From: an uncultured Christensenella sp.
Lineage (GTDB): Bacteria; Bacillota; Clostridia; Christensenellales; UBA1242
Reading direction: 5' to 3'
Assembly (NCBI GenBank): GCA_964387705.1
Contig: CAYLWT010000003.1
Coordinates: 2,693-66,692 of the forward strand
DNA: 64,000 bases
The number at the start of each line of letters is the position of its first letter. The stretch's first letter is position 1. The position numbers and the translations under genes are program-made. This document shows, one piece after another, positions 37,401 to 47,750 of the stretch. Under the pieces are notes generated by a model, which had not been told where the DNA came from, ran no database searches, and was given only the letters and a program-made list of their open reading frames with translations.

Positions 37401-39506
37401 TCATTCATTTTCATTTGTTTTTTTAACTTGTTTAGTCTTTTTCTCTTCATAATCACAAGATTTATTTGAACATTTGTAATAATTCATCGTTTTACTTTCT
37501 TTCACCGTCAAAAAGCTCTTGCACTTTGGACAGAAATCCCCTGTTGGTTTATCCCAACTTGCAAATTTACACTCTGGATAGCCCACACAACCATAGAAAA
37601 TCTTTCCTCCATGAGTTCTCTTTTCAACCACATCTTTACCACATTGTGGGCACTTACAAACAGATTTTTTTGGTTGGTTTAAGCTAACAATATTTTTACA
37701 TTTTGGATAATTTGGACATGCTAAAAATTTGTCATACTTCCCTTCTCTCACTACCATTTTTGCCCCGCACTTGCTACAAATCACATCACTAACTTCAGGA
37801 GCAACCGACATCCGTTTTGACTCTCTATAAGCAAAAATCAGTTCCCGTTCAAAACCGGTGTAAAACTTTGCAATAACATTTTGCCACGATTCCTCCCCAT
37901 CTGCAATTCTATCAAGGCTATCTTCCATTTCGGCTGTAAAGTCCACGTTCATAATGTCGGCAAAATATTTTTCCAAAAACTCGGTAACTGTAGTCCCCAA
38001 TTCAGAAGGCTTCAAATACTTACCTTCCTTTACCATATATGTTCTATTCAAAAGAGTCATAACAGTTGGTGCGTATGTTGCAGGTCGACCGATTCCTTTT
38101 TCTTCCATTGTCTTAATCAAACTTGCTTCAGTGTATCTTACTGGAGGTTTTGTAAACTTTTGTTCTTTTGTAATTTTATCAACATTCAAGTTATCTTTTT
38201 CATTAAGCCTTGGAAGTTTGCTTTCATTTGAATCATCTTCTTGTTCTTCAAAAACTTTATACGCCCTAGTCCAACCTGCAAAAATTGGAGTCCTCCCTGT
38301 GGCTCTAAATCCAAGTGCACCAGCAGAAATTCCAACCGATTGAGAGTCATAGGTTGCGGGGGTCATTTGACTTGCAACAAACCTTTCATAAATAAGTTTG
38401 TATAGTTTGTAATTGTCAGCAGTCATAAAAGGTTTTACTGTCTCTGGAGTCTTGTCAAGACTAATTGGCCTTATTGCCTCGTGAGCATCTTGCGCATTCT
38501 TTTTTGCCTTAAAAATATTATAAGTCTTTGGTGCAAAATCTTCCCCATAATGAGACACAATGTAATCTTTTGCTTTGGCTTGGGCCTCTGGTGAAACACG
38601 AGTGGAGTCAGTTCTTATGTATGTTATCAGTGCAGTTTTCCCTTCTGAACCAAGTTCCACACCTTCATACAATGCCTGTGCACTTTTGGTCGTTTGTGAA
38701 ATGCTCATCCCTATTTTATTCAATGCATCTTGTTGCATTGTACTTGTAATAAATGGAGGTGGCGGCATTGATTTCGTTACACTTCTTTTAATTTCCTCCA
38801 CAACAAATTGTTGATCTCCCAAATATTTAACAACATTTTCCGCCTGTTCTGCATTGTTTGGGACAAATTTCTTGCCAAGTTTTGTGGCAAGATTGGCCTT
38901 AAATTTTATCCCATCCTTTTCAAGAAATGCACAAATTGGCCAATATTCCTGTGGCTTGAAATTCACGATTTCCTTCTCTCTATCCACAATAAGTTTCAAC
39001 GCCACACTTTGCACACGCCCAGCACTTAAATTTGGTTTAATTTTTTTGCAAATAATGGGTGAAACCTTATAGCCCACAAGCCTATCCAAAACACGTCTGC
39101 CTTGTTGAGCATGCACCAAATCCATATTGATTTCCCGTGGGTTTTGCACCGCTTTATTTACAACAGATTTTGAAATTTCATTAAATTCAATCCGACATGG
39201 TGCACTCTCTGGAATGTTTAAAATATGTTGAATGTGCCAAGAAATTGCCTCTCCTTCTCTATCTGGGTCAGTTGCCAAAAGCACACAATCTGCTTTTGAT
39301 GCCTTGTTTTTAAGTTCTTTGATAATTGCCTCTTTACCTGGCATAATCTCATATTGTGGCTCAAAATTTTTAGAAATGTCAACTCCTAATGATTTCTCAG
39401 GTAGGTCACGAACATGTCCTTTCGTGGCAACAACTTCATAACCCGCACCAAGATATTTTTTTAAAGTTTCCCTTTTCCCGGGGCCTTCAATAATAACTAA
39501 CTTCAT
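37401..39506 (-). CDS. topA: DNA topoisomerase I
   Basis: 701 aa. TOPRIM start MKLVIIEGPGKRETLKKYLG. C-terminal zinc ribbons (CSKCGAKM..CPNYPKC, CPQCGKD..., CPKCKSF). Confidence 0.95.
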   Translation of the reverse strand: MKLVIIEGPGKRETLKKYLGAGYEVVATKGHVRDLPEKSLGVDISKNFEPQYEIMPGKEAIIKELKNKASKADCVLLATDPDREGEAISWHIQHILNIPESAPCRIEFNEISKSVVNKAVQNPREINMDLVHAQQGRRVLDRLVGYKVSPIICKKIKPNLSAGRVQSVALKLIVDREKEIVNFKPQEYWPICAFLEKDGIKFKANLATKLGKKFVPNNAEQAENVVKYLGDQQFVVEEIKRSVTKSMPPPPFITSTMQQDALNKIGMSISQTTKSAQALYEGVELGSEGKTALITYIRTDSTRVSPEAQAKAKDYIVSHYGEDFAPKTYNIFKAKKNAQDAHEAIRPISLDKTPETVKPFMTADNYKLYKLIYERFVASQMTPATYDSQSVGISAGALGFRATGRTPIFAGWTRAYKVFEEQEDDSNESKLPRLNEKDNLNVDKITKEQKFTKPPVRYTEASLIKTMEEKGIGRPATYAPTVMTLLNRTYMVKEGKYLKPSELGTTVTEFLEKYFADIMNVDFTAEMEDSLDRIADGEESWQNVIAKFYTGFERELIFAYRESKRMSVAPEVSDVICSKCGAKMVVREGKYDKFLACPNYPKCKNIVSLNQPKKSVCKCPQCGKDVVEKRTHGGKIFYGCVGYPECKFASWDKPTGDFCPKCKSFLTVKESKTMNYYKCSNKSCDYEEKKTKQVKKTNENE

Positions 39507-39552
39507 CTAAACCTTCTTTAATTATCAATTTGTTTCTATTTATCAACTTGCC

Positions 39553-40644
39553 TCATTTTAAAAAATACACATTACCTGCAAGTTTTTTTATTATTCCACG
39601 AATTGTCAGCAATGTCAACAAACTATTAAGCCTTTTTGTTTCAATGTGCGACAAATCGACAAGTTCTTGAAAAGTCTTTTCTCCCGAACGTAAAAGTTCA
39701 ATCACCACTTGTTCATCAATAGACACATTTTCACTTGATTTTTCTTTTGACATATCTCGCAATTTCCTGTCACCAATTATATCCCTTATATCGCAAACGA
39801 CCTTTGCTTGACCATTTGAAATCATCCTATTTGTTCCAGAACTTGCAATGCTAAACACACTTCCCGGAACTGCAAAAACATCCTTGCCATAATCAAGTGC
39901 ATAATTTTTGGTATGTAATGCTCCAGATTTTTCGCCGGCCTCAACAACCAAAATACCACTGCTGAGCCCTGCAATAATTCTATTTCTTATTGGGAACATA
40001 TATGCCTCAGCTCTTCTTAATGGCCTTACTTCTGAAAGAATAAGTCCACCAGATTCAACAATCTTTTTTGCAAGTTCAGTGTTTGTTGTTGGATAAATCT
40101 CATCAATTCCGCCCGCCAAGACTGCAATGGTTTGACCACGATAGTTCAAAGCATTTTGATGAGCACATGTATCCACCCCACTTGCAAGCCCACTTACCAC
40201 CACATATCCAGCATCAACAAGTCCATGACAAAACTTCTCTGTTGCCATTTTCCCATAACTTGTTATGTGTCTTGTGCCCACAACCCCAAAGCAATCTTCT
40301 TTCATAAGTTTTGGATTTCCCTTGTAATAAACAACAAAGGGGGGTGTATCAATATTTCTTAAAGACTTTGGATAGTCAACACTTTCAATCGTAATTGCCG
40401 AAATCCCCAAAGAGTTCAGTTTCTCAATAACATTGTCTGCAAAGTTTTCACCAACTTCTCTATACAAAATTTGACTTTCTTCAATAGACAAAACCTTTTC
40501 AATTTTATCCTTAATTTTTGTCACCTTTTCCCAATCCAAAAAATCTTCTGCTCTTGCAACAAGTTTCAAAAGTTTTCCTTTTTTTGAGTATGTGGCAAAG
40601 TCAAAATTGTCCAACCACAAAATTGCTTTTTCATTTCTGTCCAT
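39553..40644 (-). CDS. dprA: DNA processing protein DprA (Smf)
   Basis: 363 aa. Rossmann-like core GVVGTRHITSYG...VVSGLASGVDTCAH...GSGALHT. Confidence 0.9.
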   Translation of the reverse strand: MDRNEKAILWLDNFDFATYSKKGKLLKLVARAEDFLDWEKVTKIKDKIEKVLSIEESQILYREVGENFADNVIEKLNSLGISAITIESVDYPKSLRNIDTPPFVVYYKGNPKLMKEDCFGVVGTRHITSYGKMATEKFCHGLVDAGYVVVSGLASGVDTCAHQNALNYRGQTIAVLAGGIDEIYPTTNTELAKKIVESGGLILSEVRPLRRAEAYMFPIRNRIIAGLSSGILVVEAGEKSGALHTKNYALDYGKDVFAVPGSVFSIASSGTNRMISNGQAKVVCDIRDIIGDRKLRDMSKEKSSENVSIDEQVVIELLRSGEKTFQELVDLSHIETKRLNSLLTLLTIRGIIKKLAGNVYFLK

Positions 40645-40734
40645 TATATTCCCTTCATTTTTTTAGCATTTTTAAACATTTTTTATAAATTTTTGTCTGT
40701 TTTTTCAAAATTTTAATACATATTTTTAGCTTAT

Positions 40735-42273
40735 TTAAGTCCAATATTTTTCGTCAAGACTTCTATAATTTATTGCTTCAACAAGATGGTCCGTTTGAAT
40801 ATTTTCGCTTCCATCAAGGTCTGCAATGGTTCTTGCAACCTTCAAAATTCTATTGTAAGCTCTTGCCGTAAGCTTTAAACTTTCAAAAGCTTGCTCCAAA
40901 AGAATATTACATTCCTCATCAAGTTTGCAATATTTTTTTATCATTTCAGGGCGCATTTTGCTATTGCTAAAAATGCCTGTCCCTGCATATCTCTCAAGTT
41001 GAATTTTTCTTGCTTTATCCACTCTTTCTTTTATATTTTTGGAACATTCCTCTCTTGAAACAGCACTTATGTCGCCATATGTAACCCCATCAACCTCAAT
41101 ATACATATCAATTCTATCCAACAACGGCCCACTAAGTTTGCTCAAATATTTGTGAATTTGTGAGGGGGAACATTTGCAAGCTTTTGTTGTTGAACCATAA
41201 TTTCCACATGGACAAGGGTTCATGCTTGCAATGAGCACAAAATTTGCGGGATATTCAACTGATTGCATATTTCTTGAAACTGTTATCACTCCATCTTCAA
41301 GGGGCTGTCTTAGGGCTTCTATTGTATGACGTGGGTATTCTGGCATTTCATCAAGAAATAACACTCCATTGTGCGCAAGGCTAATTTCTCCTGGTTTTGC
41401 TTTCGCCCCACCGCCTGTCAGGGCCACAGTTGTTGCTGTGTGATGAGGCGACCTAAAAGGCCTTTCAGTTAATATTCCCGTTTTGCTGTCAAGAGTGCCC
41501 GCAACACTATGAATTTTTGTAACCTCAAGAGCCTCCTCAAATGACATATCTGGCAATATGCTTGGGAAGGCCTTTGCAAGCATAGTTTTGCCACTTCCTG
41601 GAGGGCCAATAAGAATGACATTATGCCCACCCGCTGCAGAAATTTCAAGAGCCCTTTTCGCGCTAGCCTGTCCTTTAATTAAAGCAAAATCTCCAATTGT
41701 TTTTGTTTGTTGCCTTACAAGTTCATAACTAACATTTTCGACTGGAGAAATTTGAATTGAACCATTCAAAAATTCAACGACTTCCTTAAGATTATGAACG
41801 GGATAGACTTCAACTCCTTCAATAAACCCTGCTTCTGCCTTGTTGCCATATGGAATAACAATTTTTTTTATACCCAAATTTCTTGCAGTTATCAAAATAG
41901 GAAGAACTCCCTTTATTTTTCTCAAACTGCCATCAAGCGACAATTCCCCAATAAACGAAAATTCATCAAGAATATCTTTTGTCACTTCAATTTGATTTGT
42001 TGCACGCAAAATTCCAACGGAAATTGGGAGGTCATAAAGTGAACCTTCCTTTTTTGTATCGGCTGGGGCAAGATTTATCGTCACTTTTTCAATGGGGCTT
42101 CTAAACCCTTGATTTTTAATTGCCGAAACGACTCTTTCCTTACTTTCTCTAATCGAAGTGTCCGCGAGTCCAACGACATCAATGCCAGGCAGTCCACGAG
42201 AAATGTCCGTTTCCACCTTAACAAGATAACCATTAAGTCCAACAAGTCCAAATGAATTTATAATTGATAGCAT
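40735..42273 (-). CDS. comM: YifB/ComM family Mg-chelatase-like ATPase
   Basis: 512 aa. Lon-like N-terminus, Walker A GPPGSGKTM, LFLDEMPEY. Confidence 0.92.
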   Translation of the reverse strand: MLSIINSFGLVGLNGYLVKVETDISRGLPGIDVVGLADTSIRESKERVVSAIKNQGFRSPIEKVTINLAPADTKKEGSLYDLPISVGILRATNQIEVTKDILDEFSFIGELSLDGSLRKIKGVLPILITARNLGIKKIVIPYGNKAEAGFIEGVEVYPVHNLKEVVEFLNGSIQISPVENVSYELVRQQTKTIGDFALIKGQASAKRALEISAAGGHNVILIGPPGSGKTMLAKAFPSILPDMSFEEALEVTKIHSVAGTLDSKTGILTERPFRSPHHTATTVALTGGGAKAKPGEISLAHNGVLFLDEMPEYPRHTIEALRQPLEDGVITVSRNMQSVEYPANFVLIASMNPCPCGNYGSTTKACKCSPSQIHKYLSKLSGPLLDRIDMYIEVDGVTYGDISAVSREECSKNIKERVDKARKIQLERYAGTGIFSNSKMRPEMIKKYCKLDEECNILLEQAFESLKLTARAYNRILKVARTIADLDGSENIQTDHLVEAINYRSLDEKYWT

Positions 42274-42411
42274 ACTTCACCAACCTTCAAAATCTAAATT
42301 TTAGTATATAATGAATATTATTTTTGACCAAACGATTTACGCAATTGCTGTCAAAAAAATAAAAAAATTTTTATTTCATGACAAGTATTGTCACAAAAAA
42401 AGTGAATGGCA

Positions 42412-43311
42412 TCACTCCAAAATGCCATCCACAAAAGCAGTTGGATCAAAAATTTCGAGGTCATCAATTCCCTCGCCAACACCAACAAAATACACTGGAA
42501 CTTTTATCTCTTCTTGAATTGGAAAAACAATTCCTCCACGACTTGTCCCGTCAAGTTTCGTAAGAACGATGCCATCAATTCCCACTGCATCCTTGAATGC
42601 TTGAACCTGAACAAGAGAATTTTGACCGATAGTTGCATCTAGGACAATAAAATTAAGTTTCATTGCTTCTGGAAATTCTCTATTTTCAATTCTAAAAATC
42701 TTTTTAAGTTCTTCCATAAGATTAACTTTTGTGTGCAATCTCCCTGCCGTATCAACAATAAGAACATCTGTCCTTTTTGCTTTTGCACTTGCAATGCCAT
42801 CATAAACTACAGCAGAAGGGTCAGCTCCTTCGCTATGTTTGATGATTTTAACCCCCGCTCTATTCGCCCATTCATTAAGTTGTTCTGCGGCGGCAGCCCT
42901 AAAAGTATCTCCTGCTACAAGGGACACGCTTTTGCCTTGTTTTTTAAAAAAGTTCGCAAGTTTTCCTATAGTTGTAGTTTTCCCAACTCCATTCACTCCA
43001 ACAATTGTGATAATAAGTGGATATTCAAACCTTTGAGGTTGAGTTTCAAGCAAAATTTCCTTCAAAATTGTCTTTAATTCACCCCTTGCTTGCTCTTGTT
43101 TCACAATGTGCTTTTCTCGAAGTCTATTTTTAAGCGAACATATAATTTTTTCAGTCGTCTCGACCCCCATATCCGAACTTACAAGCGCGAACTCAAGCTC
43201 ATCGTAAAATTCATTGTCTATATCTCCACCATGAAAAACACTGTTAAGTTTTGTGATAAATGCGTCTTTCGTCTTTTTAAGCCCATTTTTAATTTTGGAA
43301 AAAAATCCCAT
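42412..43311 (-). CDS. ftsY: signal recognition particle receptor FtsY (NG domain only)
   Basis: 299 aa, GVNGVGKTTTIGKLA, DTAGRL, TKLDGTSRGG. Confidence 0.95.
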   Translation of the reverse strand: MGFFSKIKNGLKKTKDAFITKLNSVFHGGDIDNEFYDELEFALVSSDMGVETTEKIICSLKNRLREKHIVKQEQARGELKTILKEILLETQPQRFEYPLIITIVGVNGVGKTTTIGKLANFFKKQGKSVSLVAGDTFRAAAAEQLNEWANRAGVKIIKHSEGADPSAVVYDGIASAKAKRTDVLIVDTAGRLHTKVNLMEELKKIFRIENREFPEAMKLNFIVLDATIGQNSLVQVQAFKDAVGIDGIVLTKLDGTSRGGIVFPIQEEIKVPVYFVGVGEGIDDLEIFDPTAFVDGILE

Positions 43312-43379
43312 AGTTTTCTATCCTTTTTTTATTTGTTATTTTTATTAAAATGCAAGAGGAAAATCTCCCCTTGCAAAAT

Positions 43380-46300
43380 TTATGCAGTTTTGTTTGTGCT
43401 AATATTTTGTTCTTCAGAAGAATTTTTGATTGCATCAGCAAGTTTAACAGAAACAATTTTGCTAACACCCCTTTCTTCCATGGTTACCCCATACAAAGAA
43501 TCGGCAAGCATCATAGTTGGTTTTCTATGTGTGATGACAATGAATTGTGTTTCCTTAGAGAAATTTTTAAGATATTGAGCAAATCTTGAGACATTGCTGT
43601 CATCAAGAGCAGCCTCAATTTCATCCAAAAGACAGAAAGGCATTGGCCTTAGCCTTAAAATTGCAAACAAAATTGCAATGGCTGTAAGCGCTTTTTCTCC
43701 ACCACTTAAAAGAGTAATGCTTTGAAGCTTCTTCCCCGGTGGTTCTGCCACAATCTCCACTCCTGCTTGAAGTGGGTCCTCACTTTCTGTCAGTTCAAGC
43801 CTTGCGTTGCCGCCACCAAACAACTCTCTAAACGATTTTGAGAAGTTTGCTTGAATTTTTGCAAATTCTGTATCAAATCTTGTTATCATCTCTTCCGACA
43901 AGTCTTTGATAATTTTTTGCAAATCTTCTTTTGCTGTAGTTAAGTCTTGTGCTTGAGCACTCAATTCCTCATATCTTACCATAAGTTCTTTGCAATCTTC
44001 AATGGCATTGACATTAATATACCCAAGTTTTGAAATATCCTTTTTAAGTCGTGAGATCTCAATAAGTCCCTGTTTTAGGTCAAAATTCTCCACTTTTAGT
44101 GGCAAACACGATGCATAAGTGAGCTCATAATCTTCAAAAATTTTTTCTTGCATAGCTTCAATGTCAGTGTCCACCTTTGCAAGTGCAGTTGTTTGCTGAT
44201 ATTTCTTTTCTTGCACAAGGCTGATTTCATTCATCAATCTTGCCTTATCTTCATCAAGTTTTCTTATTTCATATTGAAGATTTTGCTTAACTTGATCCAG
44301 ACTTGAAAGCTTTCCTTTTGCCTCATCAATTTTAGCCTTAAGCCCTTCATCGTCAAGGTTTTCAACGCTTGTATCGACCATTTCTTGGGCAAGTTCAACA
44401 CTGTCCTCAATTTTTGCAATGTTTGCAGAAATATCTGTTATATTAAAATTTGCTTTGTTTATATAATCATCAAGTCTTGCAATTTCACTTGAAATGTTGG
44501 AAAGTTCATTTTCAAGTGTTGTCTTTTCAATTTTAAGTTCAGTGATTTCGTTTTGAAATTCATCACGTTTTGCACGAAGTTGAATGAAAAGTTTTTGGTT
44601 GTTTTCAATTTGCTCAGAACCAGATATGTTCAAATCCACATCGCCTTCCACACTTGCAAGAGCCTTTGCAATAACTTCAATTTTTGTTGTAAAATTAATT
44701 TTTTCTTGACTTAAAGCAATTCTCTCTTTGTTAAGTTCGTCAACAAAAATAGACAACTGTTCCAAATTTTGTGCTTGTTTTGCACTTTCCACCTGCGAAA
44801 CAACAAGCCTTGATTGCAAATCTTCATCAATTTTTGTGATTTTTGTAAGTTCCGCCTCAAGTGTTGCCTTAAGGTTTTTAAACTCTTCAAAACTTTTTGA
44901 GAGCTTGTCAATTTGATGCGTTAAATTTTCAATTTCATTATCACGTGTTAAGAGGTTTGAAGTAACAGCCTTTTTACTTCCGCCAGACATTGACCCCTGA
45001 GTACTTACAACGTCTCCATCGAGAGTTACAATTTTAAACGAAAAATTGGCTTGCCTTGCCAGAGAAACTGCTGTGTCTATTGTATCAACAACAACTGTCC
45101 TCCCAAGCAAACTTTCAAATACTGCTTTCAAATTTGCATCAAACTTAACAACACTTGATGCGACTCCATATGTTTTGTTTTTTGCAACGATATTCCTTTC
45201 GCTATCACTTAAAAGTCTTACTTTCATTGCTGTTATTGGCAAGAAAGTTGCCCTGCCGTAATTATTATGTTTTAAGTAGTTTATAAGGTATTTTGCATCT
45301 TCTTCGTTCTTGGTTATAACATCTTGCACAGCCCCGCCAAGAGCCACTTCTATTGCCGTTTCAAAGCCTTTTGGGATTGTCATCGCTGAGGCTACAATAT
45401 CTACAATTTTGCTTTTTAATTCCGCCTTATTTTTTGCATCTTGCATAAGTCTTTTGACTGAATAATTAAATCCATCATAATCTCTTTGCATATCTTCAAG
45501 GACTTTCTTCCTATTTTGTAGAATTTGAATATTTGAGGTGCTTTGGGCAAGTCTCTCGTTATTTTCTTTTATCCTATTTTGAATAGTTTGAAGTTGCTCC
45601 CTTGCTCTTTGCGCTTGTGAAGTTAATTTGTTGTGGATATCCTGAGCATTTCTAGAAATTTCTGTTGCCTGAGAAAGAGCAGTTTCCTTTTCTTTAATTT
45701 TTGTTTGTAATGTATAAATTCTACCATCAAGGTCAGAAATATTACTTTGATAAGCCTCTTTTTGTGCATTTAATGCTGAAATATTCGACTTAATATCCGT
45801 CATTTTGGAAAGCTCATCAATCATTTCCTTCTGTTTTTTTGTCGCCTCATCCTCTGCCCCAGTCAATTCATCAACAATTTTAAGATATTGTTCAGTTATG
45901 TCATCAAGTTTATATGTTAAAGCTTTCAGTTTTGCTTCTTTTGACTCTTTTTCTTGCTCATTCACTTCAACAAGCTTAACAGAATTATCTCTATTTAAGG
46001 TTTCTTTTGATAGATCCTCTTTCAAAGACGACATTTCATCAAGCAAAAATTTGAGTCGTTCCCTAACAACATTTGCTTCCCCAGTTTTCTTTTCAAGTTC
46101 CACAGTATGAGCAAGAATTTTATCATTAAGTTCTTGCAAGGTTTTATCGATATTTGACACTTCCCCCATCTTGGCATCATAATCGCTATTCATCTTGTCC
46201 AAAGAAGTTTGTTTTGATGCGAGTTCTTCTTCAAAACCATCAATTTTTGTTTGAATGGCTTGCTTTGTGTCACTTGCACTTTCATATTGACTCACATAAA

Positions 46301-46985
46301 CATTCACTTCATAGCTTTTAAGCTCATCTTTATAACCAAGATAAAGTTTTGCATTTTCCGCTTGTTTTTTAAGAGGTCCCAGTTGTCTTTCTTGTTCTTG
46401 CAAAACATCTAATGCCCTATTCAAGTTTTCTTGTGTTCTATCCAGTTTTCTTTCAGCCTCAATTTTGCGTTGTTTAAATTTTGCAATGCCGGCCGCTTCC
46501 TCAAAAATTGCACGTCTATTTTCCGGTTTTGCACTAATAATTTCTTCAACTTTGCCTTGTCCAATAATTGAATATCCCTCTTTACCTATGCCCGAGTCAT
46601 GCAAGGCATTTACAATATCTTTCATTCTACAAGGGGTTCCGTTTATCAAATATTCACTTTCGCCCGAACGATAAAGTTTTCTTGTAAAAGCGACTTCATC
46701 AAAATTCAAGTCGAACATTCTTGATGAATTGTCAAAAAACAAAGACACCTCACAATAAGACATACTTTTCCTTTTTTCTGTCCCATTAAAAATAACTTCT
46801 TGCATATTACTACTACGCAAAAGTTTTGTGCTTTGTTCTCCAAGCACCCATCTTATAGCATCTGATACATTGGATTTCCCGCAACCATTCGGTCCGACAA
46901 TTCCCGTTATTCCAGCATCAAACTTAATTTCAAGTTTGTCGGCAAACGATTTAAAACCCACCAATTCAATTTTTTTAAAGTTCAT
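43380..46985 (-). CDS. smc: chromosome partition protein Smc
   Basis: 1201 aa. Walker A GPNGCGKSN, long coiled coils with a hinge, signature LSGGEK, Walker B LLDEIEAALD. Confidence 0.96.
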   Translation of the reverse strand: MNFKKIELVGFKSFADKLEIKFDAGITGIVGPNGCGKSNVSDAIRWVLGEQSTKLLRSSNMQEVIFNGTEKRKSMSYCEVSLFFDNSSRMFDLNFDEVAFTRKLYRSGESEYLINGTPCRMKDIVNALHDSGIGKEGYSIIGQGKVEEIISAKPENRRAIFEEAAGIAKFKQRKIEAERKLDRTQENLNRALDVLQEQERQLGPLKKQAENAKLYLGYKDELKSYEVNVYVSQYESASDTKQAIQTKIDGFEEELASKQTSLDKMNSDYDAKMGEVSNIDKTLQELNDKILAHTVELEKKTGEANVVRERLKFLLDEMSSLKEDLSKETLNRDNSVKLVEVNEQEKESKEAKLKALTYKLDDITEQYLKIVDELTGAEDEATKKQKEMIDELSKMTDIKSNISALNAQKEAYQSNISDLDGRIYTLQTKIKEKETALSQATEISRNAQDIHNKLTSQAQRAREQLQTIQNRIKENNERLAQSTSNIQILQNRKKVLEDMQRDYDGFNYSVKRLMQDAKNKAELKSKIVDIVASAMTIPKGFETAIEVALGGAVQDVITKNEEDAKYLINYLKHNNYGRATFLPITAMKVRLLSDSERNIVAKNKTYGVASSVVKFDANLKAVFESLLGRTVVVDTIDTAVSLARQANFSFKIVTLDGDVVSTQGSMSGGSKKAVTSNLLTRDNEIENLTHQIDKLSKSFEEFKNLKATLEAELTKITKIDEDLQSRLVVSQVESAKQAQNLEQLSIFVDELNKERIALSQEKINFTTKIEVIAKALASVEGDVDLNISGSEQIENNQKLFIQLRAKRDEFQNEITELKIEKTTLENELSNISSEIARLDDYINKANFNITDISANIAKIEDSVELAQEMVDTSVENLDDEGLKAKIDEAKGKLSSLDQVKQNLQYEIRKLDEDKARLMNEISLVQEKKYQQTTALAKVDTDIEAMQEKIFEDYELTYASCLPLKVENFDLKQGLIEISRLKKDISKLGYINVNAIEDCKELMVRYEELSAQAQDLTTAKEDLQKIIKDLSEEMITRFDTEFAKIQANFSKSFRELFGGGNARLELTESEDPLQAGVEIVAEPPGKKLQSITLLSGGEKALTAIAILFAILRLRPMPFCLLDEIEAALDDSNVSRFAQYLKNFSKETQFIVITHRKPTMMLADSLYGVTMEERGVSKIVSVKLADAIKNSSEEQNISTNKTA

Positions 46986-47051
46986 TGTATTTCCTTTTTA
47001 ATACTCTTGGCAAAAAGCATACTTTATACACCCTTTGCCAAAAGAATAATT

Positions 47052-47750
47052 TTATGAATGTTTTCCTTCAACAAGCAAAAGTTTTAGCATCTCTTTGTTC
47101 TCAAGAGCACGCTTTGCACAATCCATTTGAGCATGTTTTTTGCTCTCTGCAGAACTTCTTGCGACAAAAACGTCATTTATGTACACCTCAGCACAAAACA
47201 TGCCTGGTTTTTGGGGCATTGCATAAGTAAAATACACCAAATTTGCACCTTTAACTCTTTGAACTTCTTCCTGAAGCATAGTTTTATAATCAAAGTCCTT
47301 TGTTTTGCATGCCTTTGCAACGTCTATAAATCTTAACACAAATCGTTTTGCTTTCTCAAGACTGCTATCAGTGTAAATCGCTCCAACCAAACTTTCAAAC
47401 AAATTTTCCTTTATGCTCCTTGCCACGTCCTGTCCAGCAAGACTTTTCCCAACTTGCAAAAATTGTTCCAGTTTTTCATGTTCAATAATGTTCGCCAAAG
47501 CATCTCCATTGACAAGCTTTGCTCGAAGTTTAGTCATCTGCCCTTCTTCGATGTTAAAATTTGAATACAGCTCACTTGCGATAACGAAATCTAATATCGA
47601 ATCTCCCAGAAATTCCAAACGTTCATTGCTTTGTGTGTGATGTTCATTGGCAAATGATGAGTGTGTAAATGCAGTGTTTAAAATTTGCTTATTTTTGAAA
47701 GAATAGTGAATTATTTTTTCAATTTTTTTGATATCCGCATCAGTTATCAA
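47052..47750 (-). CDS. rnc: ribonuclease III (probable TTG start)
   Basis: ERLEFLGDS catalytic signature and a C-terminal dsRBD. GGAGGTG (47761-47755) sits 6 nt upstream of TTG 47750. No in-frame ATG before residue ~80. Confidence 0.9.
   Translation of the reverse strand: MITDADIKKIEKIIHYSFKNKQILNTAFTHSSFANEHHTQSNERLEFLGDSILDFVIASELYSNFNIEEGQMTKLRAKLVNGDALANIIEHEKLEQFLQVGKSLAGQDVARSIKENLFESLVGAIYTDSSLEKAKRFVLRFIDVAKACKTKDFDYKTMLQEEVQRVKGANLVYFTYAMPQKPGMFCAEVYINDVFVARSSAESKKHAQMDCAKRALENKEMLKLLLVEGKHS

Noticed and set aside
42537-42563. Identical peptide tail HDLSRQVS in two unrelated antisense ORFs (also at 47862-47888), which might have indicated a DNA repeat
   Set aside because: The nucleotide sequences differ at several positions. 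The match arises from antisense reading of similar glycine-rich motifs in FtsY (TKLDGTSRGG) and PlsX (VKGHGAS). Coincidence, not a repeat element.
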